Virus record (IMG/VR): IMGVR_UViG_3300005669_000010
Location: 1,139-65,138 of that record
Reading direction: 5' to 3' (one strand)
DNA: 64,000 bases
DNA from: a virus
Below the pieces are notes generated by a model. It did no database searches. It had not been told where the DNA came from and saw nothing but the letters and a program-made list of their open reading frames with translations. Position 1 is the first letter of the stretch; each line of letters opens with the position of its first letter. Position numbers and translations under genes: made by a program. Positions 62,704 to 64,000 of the stretch are shown piece by piece.

Positions 62704-64000
62704 AGAAAAAGTTCATCGCGGCGGTGACCGCACTGGCCTTCGCCAGTGTCGGCGTTCCGTCCGCATTCGCTGTCGAGGAGTCGGCTCCCCCCGGCTCCAG
62801 TGTCGAGAATCCGTTGATCGTCAACGATCCGTCCGAGGTTCCCGATGGGTCCGTCGAAGACGAGGTCTCGACGTACGACACCGCGCTCGAGTGCGACGTC
62901 ACTCGTTCCTGGGTTCACATCGTCCCTGCGGTCGAAGAGGTTTCTCACGAGGAATGGGGATACGAGAGTCGTACTCGTGATCTTGTCCCCGGAGAGCATC
63001 ACGAGGCGGTGACCGAGCAGCAGTTCAAGTACAAGAAGGTCATCCCTGCTGTCGATGAGGTTTCGCACAAGGAGTACAAGTACAAGCGGACTGTCGACGT
63101 CTACAAGACGGAGTATCAGTACAACAAGCAGACTCGTGAGAAGTCTCGCAAGAACACCTATTCCAGCTGGGGCGATTGGTCCGACTGGACTTGGTGGGCT
63201 GGCAACGCTCCGAAGTGGAGCTTCAGTGACGTTGCCGTCCTCGAGTCGGGCACACATGGAGGAAGCCTGAGTGGAACTTGGTATCGCGAGTACCGCTACG
63301 TCAAGACCGGTGAAACCCGTCAGACCAAGACGGGCACGACCACCGAGACGAGTGACTGGCGTACGACTCCACCCGAGGGCTCCGGCTGGGCGGTCATCGA
63401 CACTCGAACGGTCATCGACACCCCGGCAGTTCCCGAGAAGGTTGTCCTGTACAACGATGGGAATTGGACCAACGAGGTCTTGAGCTCGCCTTGGATCAAG
63501 ACCGAAGAGAAGACTGTTGTTCTCGAAGAGGCGTACACCGATCCCGACACCTACACCGACTGGTCTGATTGGACTCTCGAGGAAGATGGACTTCTCGAAG
63601 AGCCGACCATCCCTGACAGCACGGCACTGAAGGAGTATCGAAAGACCGGTCCCGTGAAGGTTGTTGATGTCCAGGCCGTGCCTGAAGTCAAGACCTTCTA
63701 CGCATGGTCTGACAATGCGGAGTGCCCTGAGATCGTCACGCCTCCTCCGCCGACCTTTGTGGAGGATTGCACTTGGCCCTTCTTTGGTCATCCGACATTC
63801 ACCAACACAGACAAGTACGTGTACGAAGCTCGCTGGCAGGACCCTGCTTACGTCTGGCTGGTCCGTGTGAAGCCGGTTGGAAACGTCAAGTTCCCCGAGG
63901 GCTACCAGACGCAGTGGGTCTTCTATCCCAAGCGTCCGGCCTCGTGTGACACGTCGACGCCTCCGACACCTACCCCTCCGGTGCCAACAGAGCCCTCGTT
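62700..64000 (+). CDS. Sec-secreted surface-type protein (3'-truncated; not in ORF track)
   Basis: MKKKFIAAVTALAFASVGVPSAFA signal peptide; open to the window end, finishing in a PT-rich linker. Confidence 0.85.
   Translation, partial: MKKKFIAAVTALAFASVGVPSAFAVEESAPPGSSVENPLIVNDPSEVPDGSVEDEVSTYDTALECDVTRSWVHIVPAVEEVSHEEWGYESRTRDLVPGEHHEAVTEQQFKYKKVIPAVDEVSHKEYKYKRTVDVYKTEYQYNKQTREKSRKNTYSSWGDWSDWTWWAGNAPKWSFSDVAVLESGTHGGSLSGTWYREYRYVKTGETRQTKTGTTTETSDWRTTPPEGSGWAVIDTRTVIDTPAVPEKVVLYNDGNWTNEVLSSPWIKTEEKTVVLEEAYTDPDTYTDWSDWTLEEDGLLEEPTIPDSTALKEYRKTGPVKVVDVQAVPEVKTFYAWSDNAECPEIVTPPPPTFVEDCTWPFFGHPTFTNTDKYVYEARWQDPAYVWLVRVKPVGNVKFPEGYQTQWVFYPKRPASCDTSTPPTPTPPVPTEPS

Noticed and set aside
62667..63791. 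374-aa minus-strand ORF
   Set aside because: Shadow of the + strand secreted-protein gene that runs off the window

Overview
This window covers most of the genome of a tailed dsDNA phage (siphovirus-type) that probably infects an actinobacterium, judging from the WhiB gene, an IdeR/DtxR box and sigmaA-type promoters. Layout: 1-6.6 kb (+) DNA-metabolism genes (sliding clamp, DUF4406-DUF550 fusion, RusA, methyltransferase, WhiB, RecB/Cas4-like nuclease). 6.6-37.7 kb (-) packaging, head, tail and lysis operon. 37.9-42.1 kb (+) AEP primase, Zn-finger helicase and EEP nuclease. 42.2-44.35 kb is a 2.2-kb non-coding control region. 44.4-64 kb (+) early/accessory genes (AAA/VWA pair, HNH, tyrosine recombinase, secreted protein). 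The most unusual content is non-coding or recoded: (i) about 150 bp of back-to-back host-regulator-like sites (IdeR/DtxR, Rex-like, three DnaA boxes, CRP, NrdR-like) directly ahead of the first early promoter; (ii) a pistol self-cleaving ribozyme followed by a structured RNA; (iii) a whiB frame with no start codon, reachable by a -1 frameshift; (iv) several further structured or tRNA-like RNA clusters; (v) three families of phage-specific repeated cis-elements. All calls were made by eye from motifs and gene context; no database searches were run.
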